Source of the DNA: a virus
Direction: 5' to 3' (one strand)
DNA length: 64,000 nt
Virus record (IMG/VR): IMGVR_UViG_3300028608_000007
Coordinates: 116,544-180,543 of that record
The position numbers were made by a program, and so were the translations under genes. The notes under the pieces were generated by a model. It searched no databases. It was not told the origin of the DNA and saw only the letters and a program-made list of their open reading frames with translations. Numbering within the stretch: position 1 is the stretch's first letter; each line of letters starts with the position of its first letter. This document shows positions 55,799-64,000 of this stretch, piece after piece.

Positions 55799-57241
55799 TT
55801 AGCGGCCATGGTGAATGAAGTTGGCGAGAGTTGCGATGATAGGTGCAGGAAGCGATACGTGTCCAGAGATTGCCCTGGGGTTACGCAGATCCAGTACACC
55901 GTTATGCGGGGCCAACGGGTCCAACTTGAGAAGCGTCTTTTCGTCCAGGATCACAATGCCGTTCAAGGCGTCACCGTCAAAGTCAGCGTTCATACCGGAA
56001 AGGATGTTCACCGACGGACTGATGGTGTTGATCTTGGGGTCTTTCTTGACACTGCGGATGTACAGGCGCTGAGCCGAGAGACGGGTCAACGTCGGGTTTC
56101 GCTGGAAGATTACCGCAATACCGCCACGGGGTCCTTCAGCAATCAGTTCCTCGAACAGCTCATCCAGCAGTGGGTGATACCGCAGGGTGTGCTCATAAAG
56201 GAACTTGTTGATTTCGTTCGGGCTGAACAATTGGTCAGTACCCGGAACACAACGGCGCAGTAGCTTGCTGGTCAGGTGAACCTTCAAGGTCATCACCGCC
56301 ATTGGCCACGGCATGTGCAGGTCTTCGTAGTGGTGCGGGTCAGACAAGGACGAGATCACACCACGGAACGAGTAGTTCACTCGCGAACCGAAGATGTGTT
56401 TGCGGTACCATCCTGGCTTACCGCCCAGTTGCCCTGCAATGAATGGTGCATAGTAAGCCACCAACATATTCAGAGCTTTGATTGTCATCACCTCGATCTG
56501 CCGAGCTTTCAGCGGAGTCGGGGAGTTTTCAATCGAACTGAATGTCCGCATCGCGTTGATCGCCGGAGTCATCCCTGTATCGGCATAAGTACCGGTAGCC
56601 GTGTTCTCCGTGATAAAGGAGATCCGACTTGGACAGGGGATATACTTCGAGAAGATCGCATGGCGATACATCTGAATGAATAGCAGCGTGTCATCCATCT
56701 GCTGCTGGTTCTTGTTGTTCGGGAGGATTTCCCGCAAGAACAAGTTCATCAGGTCATCGAAATGCCTGTAGAACGTATTAATGCCTCGACCGATGTTGAG
56801 CCCTTTCAGGTACTGCAACACGTTTTGAGCATCGTTGTTGGGAGGAATGTAGGACGGATTTGTAATCCAGTCCAGCAAGTTCGTTCCCTTGTACGCGAAG
56901 ATCGGCTTCAATACATGCAGAGCCCAGGGGTTGATCAATGCATCAATGCCTCTCGGCGCAGCGATCCACAACAAGGACTCCAGAGGTCGTTCGGTAACCG
57001 ACATACAGGGAAACCCGCAGTGGTCACACACAACACCAACGTTGTGTTCGTACTTGACTCTCTTACACTCACATGACGGCACGACGTCTAAGGTGTCACC
57101 CTCATAACGCGTCATGATCATTTGGTTCAGTCGTTCCCGATCCAGCTCGGTAGTAACATCGAAGTCGTTGAGGATCACGGGAGTTGTTGTCAACTTGTTG
57201 AACAACTCGTCATGACTCACGATTTCCGCTTCTACGCCCAT
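55799..57241 (-). CDS. rpoC: Non-virion RNA polymerase beta' N-terminal (catalytic) subunit (phiKZ gp55-like), uninterrupted
   Basis: Zn ribbon CEC...CDHC, RKHIFGSR, QRNPTL, catalytic NADFDGD. Confidence 0.92.
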   Translation of the reverse strand: MGVEAEIVSHDELFNKLTTTPVILNDFDVTTELDRERLNQMIMTRYEGDTLDVVPSCECKRVKYEHNVGVVCDHCGFPCMSVTERPLESLLWIAAPRGIDALINPWALHVLKPIFAYKGTNLLDWITNPSYIPPNNDAQNVLQYLKGLNIGRGINTFYRHFDDLMNLFLREILPNNKNQQQMDDTLLFIQMYRHAIFSKYIPCPSRISFITENTATGTYADTGMTPAINAMRTFSSIENSPTPLKARQIEVMTIKALNMLVAYYAPFIAGQLGGKPGWYRKHIFGSRVNYSFRGVISSLSDPHHYEDLHMPWPMAVMTLKVHLTSKLLRRCVPGTDQLFSPNEINKFLYEHTLRYHPLLDELFEELIAEGPRGGIAVIFQRNPTLTRLSAQRLYIRSVKKDPKINTISPSVNILSGMNADFDGDALNGIVILDEKTLLKLDPLAPHNGVLDLRNPRAISGHVSLPAPIIATLANFIHHGR

Positions 57242-57257
57242 GGGCTACTCCTGAAGT

Positions 57258-57297
57258 GACGGACATAAAAAGAAAAGGGGACCGAAGTCCCCTTTTA
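57258..57297 (-). terminator. Intrinsic terminator after chimallin
   Basis: Minus strand AAAAGGGGAC-TTCG-GTCCCCTTTT-CTTTTTATGTCCG. Confidence 0.85.
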
Positions 57298-57321
57298 CTC
57301 ATTGCAACAACCTACCGCCGA

Positions 57322-59340
57322 TTAGCGGTTCCAGGTCCCGGTGAAGGGAGAGCTGAACAGGCGCGAGCCTTGTTGCTGACCGCCACCGTAGTTGAAGAAG
57401 CCACCAACGTTGTTGGCAACCAGGTGGTTGAGGTCGTAGCCGCCGCGCTGGGACAGGACGTTGTTGTCGTCCAGGCCTTTGGCAGGACGCACGTTCAGAC
57501 CGCAACGTACGATTGCTTCGGACAGCGCTTCCAGGAACCCGTTGTCGAACGACACGCGACGAGCGAAGCCCTTGACGTGGATTTCCGAGGCCAGGAGCTG
57601 GCGCAGGATTTCCTTGCGCTGAGCCAGGCGGATTTCCAGAGGGACCTGCACGTTGCGGTGGGTTTCTTCCCAGGCTTCGACCAGTTTCGGGTTGGTCTTG
57701 CCAGCGAGGTTCAGGATGGCCAGGTAGTCGATTTCACGCAGGTCACGACGATTGCCTTCGCGATCGTAGTAGAAGCCCAGGTGAATGCGGTCTTGGTCGT
57801 CGTAGCACACCGGCTTGCTGGCGTCGAACAGTTGCTGGAAGTGACCCATGGTCAGGTTGTTGGCTGCTTGCAGGATGGTCAGACGCGCATTCTCGTCGCC
57901 GTTGGCGGCCGCGATGTAGGTCTGGTGAATCCAGGACAGCTCGCCAACCTCGGCGATGTCGAGGGTGAAGATCAGCTTCTGGGCGATCAGGGTGTTGATG
58001 AGCTGACGCATTTCGTTGTCACCGAAGTCGGCGGAACGAGTCGGCAGTGCATCAGGCTTGGCGTTCGGATCACCAGTCAGGTTGACTTCGTAACCGACCG
58101 CACCGATGTCTTTCAGATCGACGTCGGTAGCCTTGCCCTTGTTGGCGCGCCAGGTGCCGGTGTACAGGCCGTTGCGGTTCAGACCGAAAGCGGTGGACAG
58201 GGTCAGCAGTTGCAGTTCCATGTTCACGGCGTCGGTCAGGGTGTCGACCGAAGTCATCACCAGACGCGGCTGGTACATCTGAGTCGGCATCATTTGCTGC
58301 TGGCCGAACATACCGAAGGCGTTCTGCTGCGGCTGGAAGCCAGCTTGAGCCGGTTGGTACATCAGGTCAACGTACGCACCCACGCGGGTGAGCTGACGGG
58401 TTTGTTGCAGGCTGAACTGCGAGTCAGCTTGGGACTGCGCGGACATGGTGACGATGATGTCTTCACGTACCGGCATGCCGACCAGGTCTTCACCGTGGGC
58501 ACGAGTGAACTCGACACGAGCGCTCAGTTGGTCACCAGCGCCGACTTCACCCAGGGTGAACGGTTCTTCGGTGCCGCCGAGTTGGCTGTCCATGATGGTG
58601 TAGCAGGCCTGGGTGCTGTTGTGCAGCAGGCGGTTGAAGCGGTTCTCGGTGCTGACTTCAGCTTCGGCCGGAATCACGATGCCACCGGCGTCGTGGATCT
58701 GAGCGTTCACGCCGAAGCTGTTGATGACGAACTGCTCCAGAACTTGCCAGTACGACTTGTTCAGGTAGATGTCACCAGGCACGATGTCGACTTCGACGGT
58801 GGTGCCGCCCAGGTTGACACTGTTCGGGTCCAGCGGCGCACCGCTCGATTCGATCAGCATGCTGTAGACCGCGATGTGGTCTTGGCCCTGGAAGTTTTCG
58901 TGGTAGCAGACCAGGATGCTGGAGAAGGTCACTTTGGACTGGTTGTTGTCCAGTACCAGGATGGTGAACTCTTTCTTCTGCTGTTCGGTCAGCACTTTGG
59001 CTGCACGTTCTTTCAGGCCGGTCTGGATGGTCTGAACGTCTTCACCGGACATGTTCCGAGGAACAGGACGACGGTGGTTGGCGTTGACGTCGAGGACCGA
59101 ACGGCCACGGCTGCCGACGCGGGAGTTTTGCTGGTTCATCTGAGCACCTGCGTTGAAAGGTTGTTGCGGTTGAGCGTTGCCACCGTTCGGCTGCTGTTGC
59201 TGACCGGCCGGTTGTTGTGGTTGCTGGGCTTGTTCAGCGCCCTGCGGATTCATGCCTGCTTTCAGCATGGCGTCTGCCATTGCGCTGTTCGCTGGTTGGT
59301 TCCCCTGACTCTGGCCAGGTTGATTGCGTTTGACGGACAT
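57322..59340 (-). CDS. chmA: Chimallin, major phage nuclear shell protein (ChmA/PhuN; phiKZ gp54-like)
   Basis: Start at ATG 59340 (SD AAGGA); FTILVLD...SSILV, DLKDIGAVG, RRDLREIDYLAILN match recalled 201phi2-1 gp105 segments; directly upstream of the gp55 homolog; extreme codon bias; early promoter. Confidence 0.88.
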   Translation of the reverse strand: MSVKRNQPGQSQGNQPANSAMADAMLKAGMNPQGAEQAQQPQQPAGQQQQPNGGNAQPQQPFNAGAQMNQQNSRVGSRGRSVLDVNANHRRPVPRNMSGEDVQTIQTGLKERAAKVLTEQQKKEFTILVLDNNQSKVTFSSILVCYHENFQGQDHIAVYSMLIESSGAPLDPNSVNLGGTTVEVDIVPGDIYLNKSYWQVLEQFVINSFGVNAQIHDAGGIVIPAEAEVSTENRFNRLLHNSTQACYTIMDSQLGGTEEPFTLGEVGAGDQLSARVEFTRAHGEDLVGMPVREDIIVTMSAQSQADSQFSLQQTRQLTRVGAYVDLMYQPAQAGFQPQQNAFGMFGQQQMMPTQMYQPRLVMTSVDTLTDAVNMELQLLTLSTAFGLNRNGLYTGTWRANKGKATDVDLKDIGAVGYEVNLTGDPNAKPDALPTRSADFGDNEMRQLINTLIAQKLIFTLDIAEVGELSWIHQTYIAAANGDENARLTILQAANNLTMGHFQQLFDASKPVCYDDQDRIHLGFYYDREGNRRDLREIDYLAILNLAGKTNPKLVEAWEETHRNVQVPLEIRLAQRKEILRQLLASEIHVKGFARRVSFDNGFLEALSEAIVRCGLNVRPAKGLDDNNVLSQRGGYDLNHLVANNVGGFFNYGGGQQQGSRLFSSPFTGTWNR

Positions 59341-59425
59341 CTCGTGTTCCTTTTCATTGGGGTGGGCACTACGACACACCATTTGCCTATGATCTATTTA
59401 TTTACATCGGCATGATGTCACAAGG

Positions 59426-59442
59426 GTAATATGTGGCTCAAA
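59426..59442 (-). promoter_or_regulatory. phiKZ-type early promoter driving chimallin
   Basis: Minus strand TTTGAGCCACATATTAC. Confidence 0.8.
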
Positions 59443-59560
59443 TTGCTTCGAATCAAATACTACCCCTGCGGGTTACAAAGATCATGCGCCCATAACGCTA
59501 AGTGCCGTAGCACCTAGTTGAGAGCATTCTCCTATAACATAGTGCAGTGTATGTAAGAAA

Positions 59561-59857
59561 TTACTTTATCCTCACATTGCTGATGAGGGAGTACACGTTA
59601 AGCCCTGCCGCCTTAGCGGCTTTCCGAGCTTCCATCTCGGCAGGTAGTTCGAAGGTTTGTTTGGACTCGAAAACAAACTCCGTGATATCGTGGCCACGGT
59701 TATTGCTGATCCCCAGTACAACTTTACGCTCGAACTTCTTCTTGGCTTTAACAGCGGCCTTCACCGGTTCCGGTGCAGCAGGAACTTGACCGGAAGACCG
59801 GGCAATCTCCAAACGCAGTGCTGCTTCGAAATCCGAGAGTTCTTTGCTAACAACCAT
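59561..59857 (-). CDS. Small basic hypothetical protein
   Basis: 98 aa, SD AGGAG. Confidence 0.65.
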   Translation of the reverse strand: MVVSKELSDFEAALRLEIARSSGQVPAAPEPVKAAVKAKKKFERKVVLGISNNRGHDITEFVFESKQTFELPAEMEARKAAKAAGLNVYSLISNVRIK

Positions 59858-59966
59858 GGCTCAACTCCTAAGTTGAAAAAAGTTTATAAGACAGATTACC
59901 TAGTGTCTGTCACGTGGATATTATGTATTTGAAATTCCTTTTAATCAACTCTAAAGGGCCGCCCCA

Positions 59967-61067
59967 ATGTACAGCCTTTTCAATGAACCGATCTGGGGTA
60001 CGCAAGGTGCTAGCATTACCTTCCCCAAGTATCAGCGCGCTATTCAGGGGCTGCGCCAGAATCTCGAGAAGGTGATCGAGTACAACCGTACCTATCCACG
60101 TGCTGTTGATAGTGGTCACTTCCTCGTGAAATTGCTGCAATCCCTTAACGTACCATTATCCATGGACGTCAACATTTACAGGGACCGGGTTGAGGAAGTC
60201 GCTGAGGGTGCCAGCATGGCCTTCAACATGACCTCTTCATTATACAGGGGTCGGGTGTTCAGTCCAGGGGTTTTCTACGGTCCCGGTTCCTACGAGGTTG
60301 TGATTGCCCACTCTGAGGAATTCGACCTGCGCGGGATTGAGGATAACTGGGAAGACCTGTGCCCAGTGACTTTCCTTACTCACCCCAAGACAGACCTCGG
60401 TATGGATACTCCTATGGGTTTCCAGACCAACGGCGAAGAAGGCCTGTCGGTTATCTTGGTAAACATTCCGATGCTGGCGGTTCAGTACCGCATGTGGCGC
60501 ATCCGTGAATGGCACCAGAACAATGAAGCACAGCGGACGATCATGCAGTTCATGTCGTCGTATCCCCTGAACAACGCTTTGCACTCCCAGTTGGATTTGG
60601 CTATCCTCAATCGGTTCATGGCGATTTATCGTGGTGATCCTCGGGGGATGTCCATGATCCGTAAACCATACACCCTCACTCGTTGGGAAGCGGAACTGGA
60701 CTTTGGGCTGGACCAATACGCAGAAGACTTGCAGAAACGCAAGTATACCTTCGATCACTTCCTTGCTGTGTTCAAAGGTGTGTCGTCATGGACCCTGAGA
60801 GACGCTATACGCATTCCTCGCATGGTACCGACCCGTCAGGTTACCTGGGCGCTTGCAATGTCCAGAGCGCGTCTGGTGGACTTCCTGTTGGATTGGACCA
60901 AAGAGAACAATGTCGACCGCAACAAGGGTTACTGTAACGATATCCAATTGGAAACGTCGCGGTTACTCAACGACAGCGCTCTACGCAGCTCCCTTCCACG
61001 CTGGGCATATCCGGCATGGGAAGACCTCTTTAAAGAGATCGTCTCCAAAGCTAAAAGCGTCCGCTAG
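59967..61067 (+). CDS. Conserved core protein (phiKZ gp52-like position), possibly virion-associated
   Basis: 366 aa between the polymerase and chimallin on the opposite strand; TATG upstream. Confidence 0.65.
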   Translation: MYSLFNEPIWGTQGASITFPKYQRAIQGLRQNLEKVIEYNRTYPRAVDSGHFLVKLLQSLNVPLSMDVNIYRDRVEEVAEGASMAFNMTSSLYRGRVFSPGVFYGPGSYEVVIAHSEEFDLRGIEDNWEDLCPVTFLTHPKTDLGMDTPMGFQTNGEEGLSVILVNIPMLAVQYRMWRIREWHQNNEAQRTIMQFMSSYPLNNALHSQLDLAILNRFMAIYRGDPRGMSMIRKPYTLTRWEAELDFGLDQYAEDLQKRKYTFDHFLAVFKGVSSWTLRDAIRIPRMVPTRQVTWALAMSRARLVDFLLDWTKENNVDRNKGYCNDIQLETSRLLNDSALRSSLPRWAYPAWEDLFKEIVSKAKSVR

Positions 61068-61068
61068 A

Positions 61069-61112
61069 GAAACGGGGAAGCCGCAAGGCCTCCCCGTTTC
61101 CCTTTATGCCGC
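61069..61112. terminator. Bidirectional intrinsic terminator
   Basis: GAAACGGGGAAGCC-GCAA-GGCCTCCCCGTTTC-CCTTTATGCCG. Confidence 0.85.
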
Positions 61113-63332
61113 GGCAGACGCTGGAACAAAGTCCGAAACCAACTTGGTATTGTTGTCGTTAGACAAGAACACGCCGAGCGATTCCAAGATCAGATAGAAC
61201 GGTCGGACTGTAGAGTAGACCAGTTTACGAATGTTCATTGCTGACAATACTTCTTTTGGCAGACCCGTCAACTCCACAACATCCTTAGGCAGCAGCAACG
61301 TGGTAGCGTTGGTTTTGCCTGCGTAGGTTGCCATCAGAGTTTCTTTGATCTGTGGATCTTCGATACCTTCCAACCATTGTTGCAGTGCCGTTTTGTTTGG
61401 CAGGTCGAGGGATACCTTGATCGCAGAGTACGGAGGCTTAGGGGCTTCTCCGTATTTTGGACGGAACACACGCTCCCACATGAGGTAGTGTTGGTACGGA
61501 GATTGACCTGGGTTGACGTATGCCGCCGGGTCTTTCACCGAAGTCCGCGCCAAGTAGGTAGACTCAGCACGCATCACAGAACCAATGATGCCGTGTTCGA
61601 TATCCGCCACACGTTGCATGATTTCTGTAATACGGATCTTCTTGCCTTCGATTACGGTGTCCATGATCTCACACATGGTCGACGTAACCTGCTTCATGAT
61701 CGCTGGTGGACAGTTGGAGTCTTTGAGGTAAACCCCTTTGATCTCTTCATCCAGTTCAGCAAACACGTTACCTTCTTTGGCAGCCTTGTAGGCGTAGTAG
61801 TGCTTAGCCATCGAAGTCAGCGAGAACACCGAGAATGCAAACTCGTTCTTCATCGCCAATACGTTCAGCTTCTCAGGTACCACACCGAGTGTAGTCGAGA
61901 GCATAGCCAGAACGTGAATGATCGACTGCGTTGCCAGGTAAACCATGGTGTAATCCACGGCAAACGCGGTTTCGCTAAAGTCAATCTTGCCGGTGTACCA
62001 CTCCACCCAGTTCTGTACGGTAAAGATCGTAGAGTCTGTGTCGGAGGTAATTGCTACGTGGCGGACCGAGTCACGAATCCATGCAACCGAAGCTGGCATG
62101 TTGTCCGATACCCAGAACGCTTTGATCAGGTATTGGTATTCGTTCAATACCGCATGGATGTTCTTGATGGTTGCCCCGATCAAGCAGTAGTTCGCAGGGT
62201 TAACTTCCAGCAAACGACCCAGACCCAAGCCTTGCAGCTCCTTAGCACACAGGAGGCTCACAAACGCTTTCAAGTCCGCATCCATACCCTTGACATAGGT
62301 CTTGGCTTCATCCAGCTCCAGAGGCACCTCAGCCTTCATAGAGAGACGAGCCATGAACACACGCATCGGACCATCGTTGAACTTTGCCAAGTGCCAGCAA
62401 TCGCCGACATAAGCAAAGGCTGCCCGTTGCAGATCGTTCATACCCTCAACCAACTTACGGATCTCTTCGACCTGACGTTTGTTGGTCCAGTAGTGATGAG
62501 TGGAGTACAGGATCAACTCCATAACTTCATCTACAGTCGGCGCACGGAAACCGTACAGCGACATGGCTTTCTCGATCAACTCGTAGTCAACATGACCAAT
62601 GATGCTGACGATGTTCGCCTTCACTACGTCAGGGCACCAGTAGTGACGGTTGCCTGCCAAGAACTTCTCGTTGTTGGCGTTACCCAGGCTGGTGGCTACA
62701 CGACAGGTCGAAGTCAGACTCGAGTGAGCAGACTTGTTGTGCAGGATCGTGGAGGTCGACGCTTGTGCCCCGGACAGACTGTTGTTCGCAATCTTGTACG
62801 TGGTTTGTTCGTTCTCCTTAAGTTCTGCCAGTTCTTCCATCTGTACAGCATGGCGGCGGAACTTCTTGACTGCTTCAACATCCCCGGCTTTCTCAGCCTC
62901 ATCTGCTTTCAGATTGGATTCTTGTTGCTCCATCTGCGCATTGTGACCTTCCTTCTTTACAGCACCCCGGCCCACAATGTTACCGGTGATGTATTCCGAC
63001 AGTAGAGAAGGGATCACGTCCGGGTGTTCGTACACAGTCATGGACGGTGCAAACAACCAGTTGTTGTCCTTGATGTCCTTGAGGTAAGTCGAGTAAGTGA
63101 TCTCCATACGCTCACGGTCACCGACTTTGTTGCGGTGCAGGCAGAACAGAGCTGGGTCTTTGATCTCGAATTTACCACCAGGACCTGTCACACGGTGAAT
63201 GTACCCTTGACAGTCTTCCAACGGCTTCCCCGTACGAACATGCAAAAAGATCGCCATGTCTCGACGGTAGTTAGCCAGAATATCTAGGTCGCGCTTATAA
63301 GCGGACGCTGGCTTGATGAAATGGTTTTCCAT
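61104..63332 (-). CDS. Split family-B DNA polymerase, motif B/C subunit (phiKZ gp50-like)
   Basis: Start at ATG 63332 (SD GGGAG); motif B Q...KIANNSLSG, motif C SDTDS, KNE...K.YY, KG. Confidence 0.88.
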   Translation of the reverse strand: MENHFIKPASAYKRDLDILANYRRDMAIFLHVRTGKPLEDCQGYIHRVTGPGGKFEIKDPALFCLHRNKVGDRERMEITYSTYLKDIKDNNWLFAPSMTVYEHPDVIPSLLSEYITGNIVGRGAVKKEGHNAQMEQQESNLKADEAEKAGDVEAVKKFRRHAVQMEELAELKENEQTTYKIANNSLSGAQASTSTILHNKSAHSSLTSTCRVATSLGNANNEKFLAGNRHYWCPDVVKANIVSIIGHVDYELIEKAMSLYGFRAPTVDEVMELILYSTHHYWTNKRQVEEIRKLVEGMNDLQRAAFAYVGDCWHLAKFNDGPMRVFMARLSMKAEVPLELDEAKTYVKGMDADLKAFVSLLCAKELQGLGLGRLLEVNPANYCLIGATIKNIHAVLNEYQYLIKAFWVSDNMPASVAWIRDSVRHVAITSDTDSTIFTVQNWVEWYTGKIDFSETAFAVDYTMVYLATQSIIHVLAMLSTTLGVVPEKLNVLAMKNEFAFSVFSLTSMAKHYYAYKAAKEGNVFAELDEEIKGVYLKDSNCPPAIMKQVTSTMCEIMDTVIEGKKIRITEIMQRVADIEHGIIGSVMRAESTYLARTSVKDPAAYVNPGQSPYQHYLMWERVFRPKYGEAPKPPYSAIKVSLDLPNKTALQQWLEGIEDPQIKETLMATYAGKTNATTLLLPKDVVELTGLPKEVLSAMNIRKLVYSTVRPFYLILESLGVFLSNDNNTKLVSDFVPASAAA

Positions 63333-63390
63333 TAGTGCTCCCGAAAGCGGTAGTCCCACATTCTATTACCCACGGACAGATTTAAATACT

Positions 63391-63421
63391 GACGTCATAA
63401 AAGGAGGCCGAAGCCTCCCTT
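63391..63421 (-). terminator. Intrinsic terminator
   Basis: Minus strand GGGAGGC-TTCG-GCCTCC-TTTTATGACG. Confidence 0.8.
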
Positions 63422-63424
63422 CAT

Positions 63425-64000
63425 TTATTCCTCTTCCGAGGACTCTTCCTGTTCGACCTGAGCAGGTTCAGCTTTCTGGTCTGCCACCATGTTCGCCATG
63501 TCGACGTTGATGGTCCATTCCTTGAAGAGGTTGCCGATGTGGGCGTTTTCTTCTTCGGTGCGCTGGGCAGGCTGGTTCACGATAACCTCTTTGAGAGGGT
63601 ACGGGAATTTCGGCAGCTCAGTTTCCTTGGACTTGACTTCAAGGTCGATCTTGATCCATGGGTGACGCTCGCCACTTTGGGTGGTGTAAACGTCAACTTC
63701 CCATTTCAGGTCAGTGCCTTCGATAGGGAAGAAGTAGCGGGTTTTGTTCAGGCCCTTGTCAGCGAACAGCTTGAACAGTTCGAAGTAATCCTTGGTACAG
63801 ACTTGTTCTACCTCACGTTTGCCCAGTTCCCCGGAGAACTTGGCTTTGACGCACATGTGGTAAACGTTGTCGTTGATAGCACGGACGCGGTTCTGGGCGA
63901 AGTTGCCTTCACCACGGTCGCGATAGGATTCCCATTGCTCCTGCTTTTCCTGGCCGTCGGCCTCTTCCAGGAAACTCCAATCTTCAACACGGGCAAAGAA
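63425..64000 (-). CDS. CYTH-like domain protein, 5' end outside the window
   Basis: Frame is open to the window edge (FFARVEDW...RVRA...CVKAK); KTRYFF and WEVDVY motifs of CYTH/triphosphate-tunnel enzymes. Confidence 0.65.
   Translation of the reverse strand, partial: FFARVEDWSFLEEADGQEKQEQWESYRDRGEGNFAQNRVRAINDNVYHMCVKAKFSGELGKREVEQVCTKDYFELFKLFADKGLNKTRYFFPIEGTDLKWEVDVYTTQSGERHPWIKIDLEVKSKETELPKFPYPLKEVIVNQPAQRTEEENAHIGNLFKEWTINVDMANMVADQKAEPAQVEQEESSEEE

Noticed and set aside
42907-57241. Group I introns, inteins or homing endonucleases in the RNAP genes (present in phiKZ)
   Set aside because: Both genes are continuous ORFs of expected length with no HNH, LAGLIDADG or intein motifs seen
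57322-59340. Major capsid protein
   Set aside because: Segments match chimallin, it has an early promoter, and it sits directly upstream of nvRNAP beta'-N as in phiKZ gp54-gp55
57256-59415. 719-aa plus-strand ORF opposite chimallin; similar long shadows at 10885..12081, 19938..21296, 33365..34843, 45615..46946, 46940..48421
   Set aside because: Antisense shadows produced by strong codon bias in highly expressed minus-strand genes; no SD, no motifs, atypical composition
1-64000. tRNA genes, rRNA, CRISPR arrays, IS elements or integrase
   Set aside because: No T-loop GTTCRA within a cloverleaf, no regularly spaced repeat-spacer array, and no transposase or recombinase motifs recognised by eye
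1-64000. Assigning a specific host or named phage
   Set aside because: Moderately high GC and GC-rich codon bias in abundant genes are compatible with several Proteobacterial hosts; a database search is required

Overview
This 64-kb window is from a nucleus-forming, phiKZ-like jumbo phage (Chimalliviridae), not a host chromosome. The minus strand, read right to left, follows the phiKZ core gene order. It starts with a partial CYTH-like gene and the family-B DNA polymerase catalytic subunit. Next come chimallin (ChmA, nuclear shell) and the non-virion RNAP beta' N-part with NADFDGD. These are followed by an SbcD nuclease, ChmC, the gp68-like nvRNAP specificity subunit, PicA/Imp1, nvRNAP beta-C and beta'-C, an SF2 helicase and a virion RNAP beta' middle subunit. 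A roughly 9-kb accessory/early region carries a DarG-like macrodomain, an HslV-like Ntn peptidase, a methyltransferase and small membrane proteins. The window ends with the separately encoded polymerase exonuclease/motif-A subunit, head/inner-body proteins, baseplate and neck proteins, thymidylate kinase and an array of paralogous tail-associated proteins. The most interesting sequence-level observations are four: (1) an in-frame T-TTT-TTC slippery site whose -1 frame runs without a stop into the next gene, predicting a lambda G/GT-like frameshifted tail-assembly chaperone; (2) a compact multi-stem candidate ncRNA at about 29392-29537; (3) a T4-style SD-occluding hairpin with the late TATG promoter in its loop ahead of a gp25-like gene; (4) a conserved TATGCCG element after most terminator hairpins. 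All homology calls come from motif recognition and synteny recalled from the literature; no searches were run.
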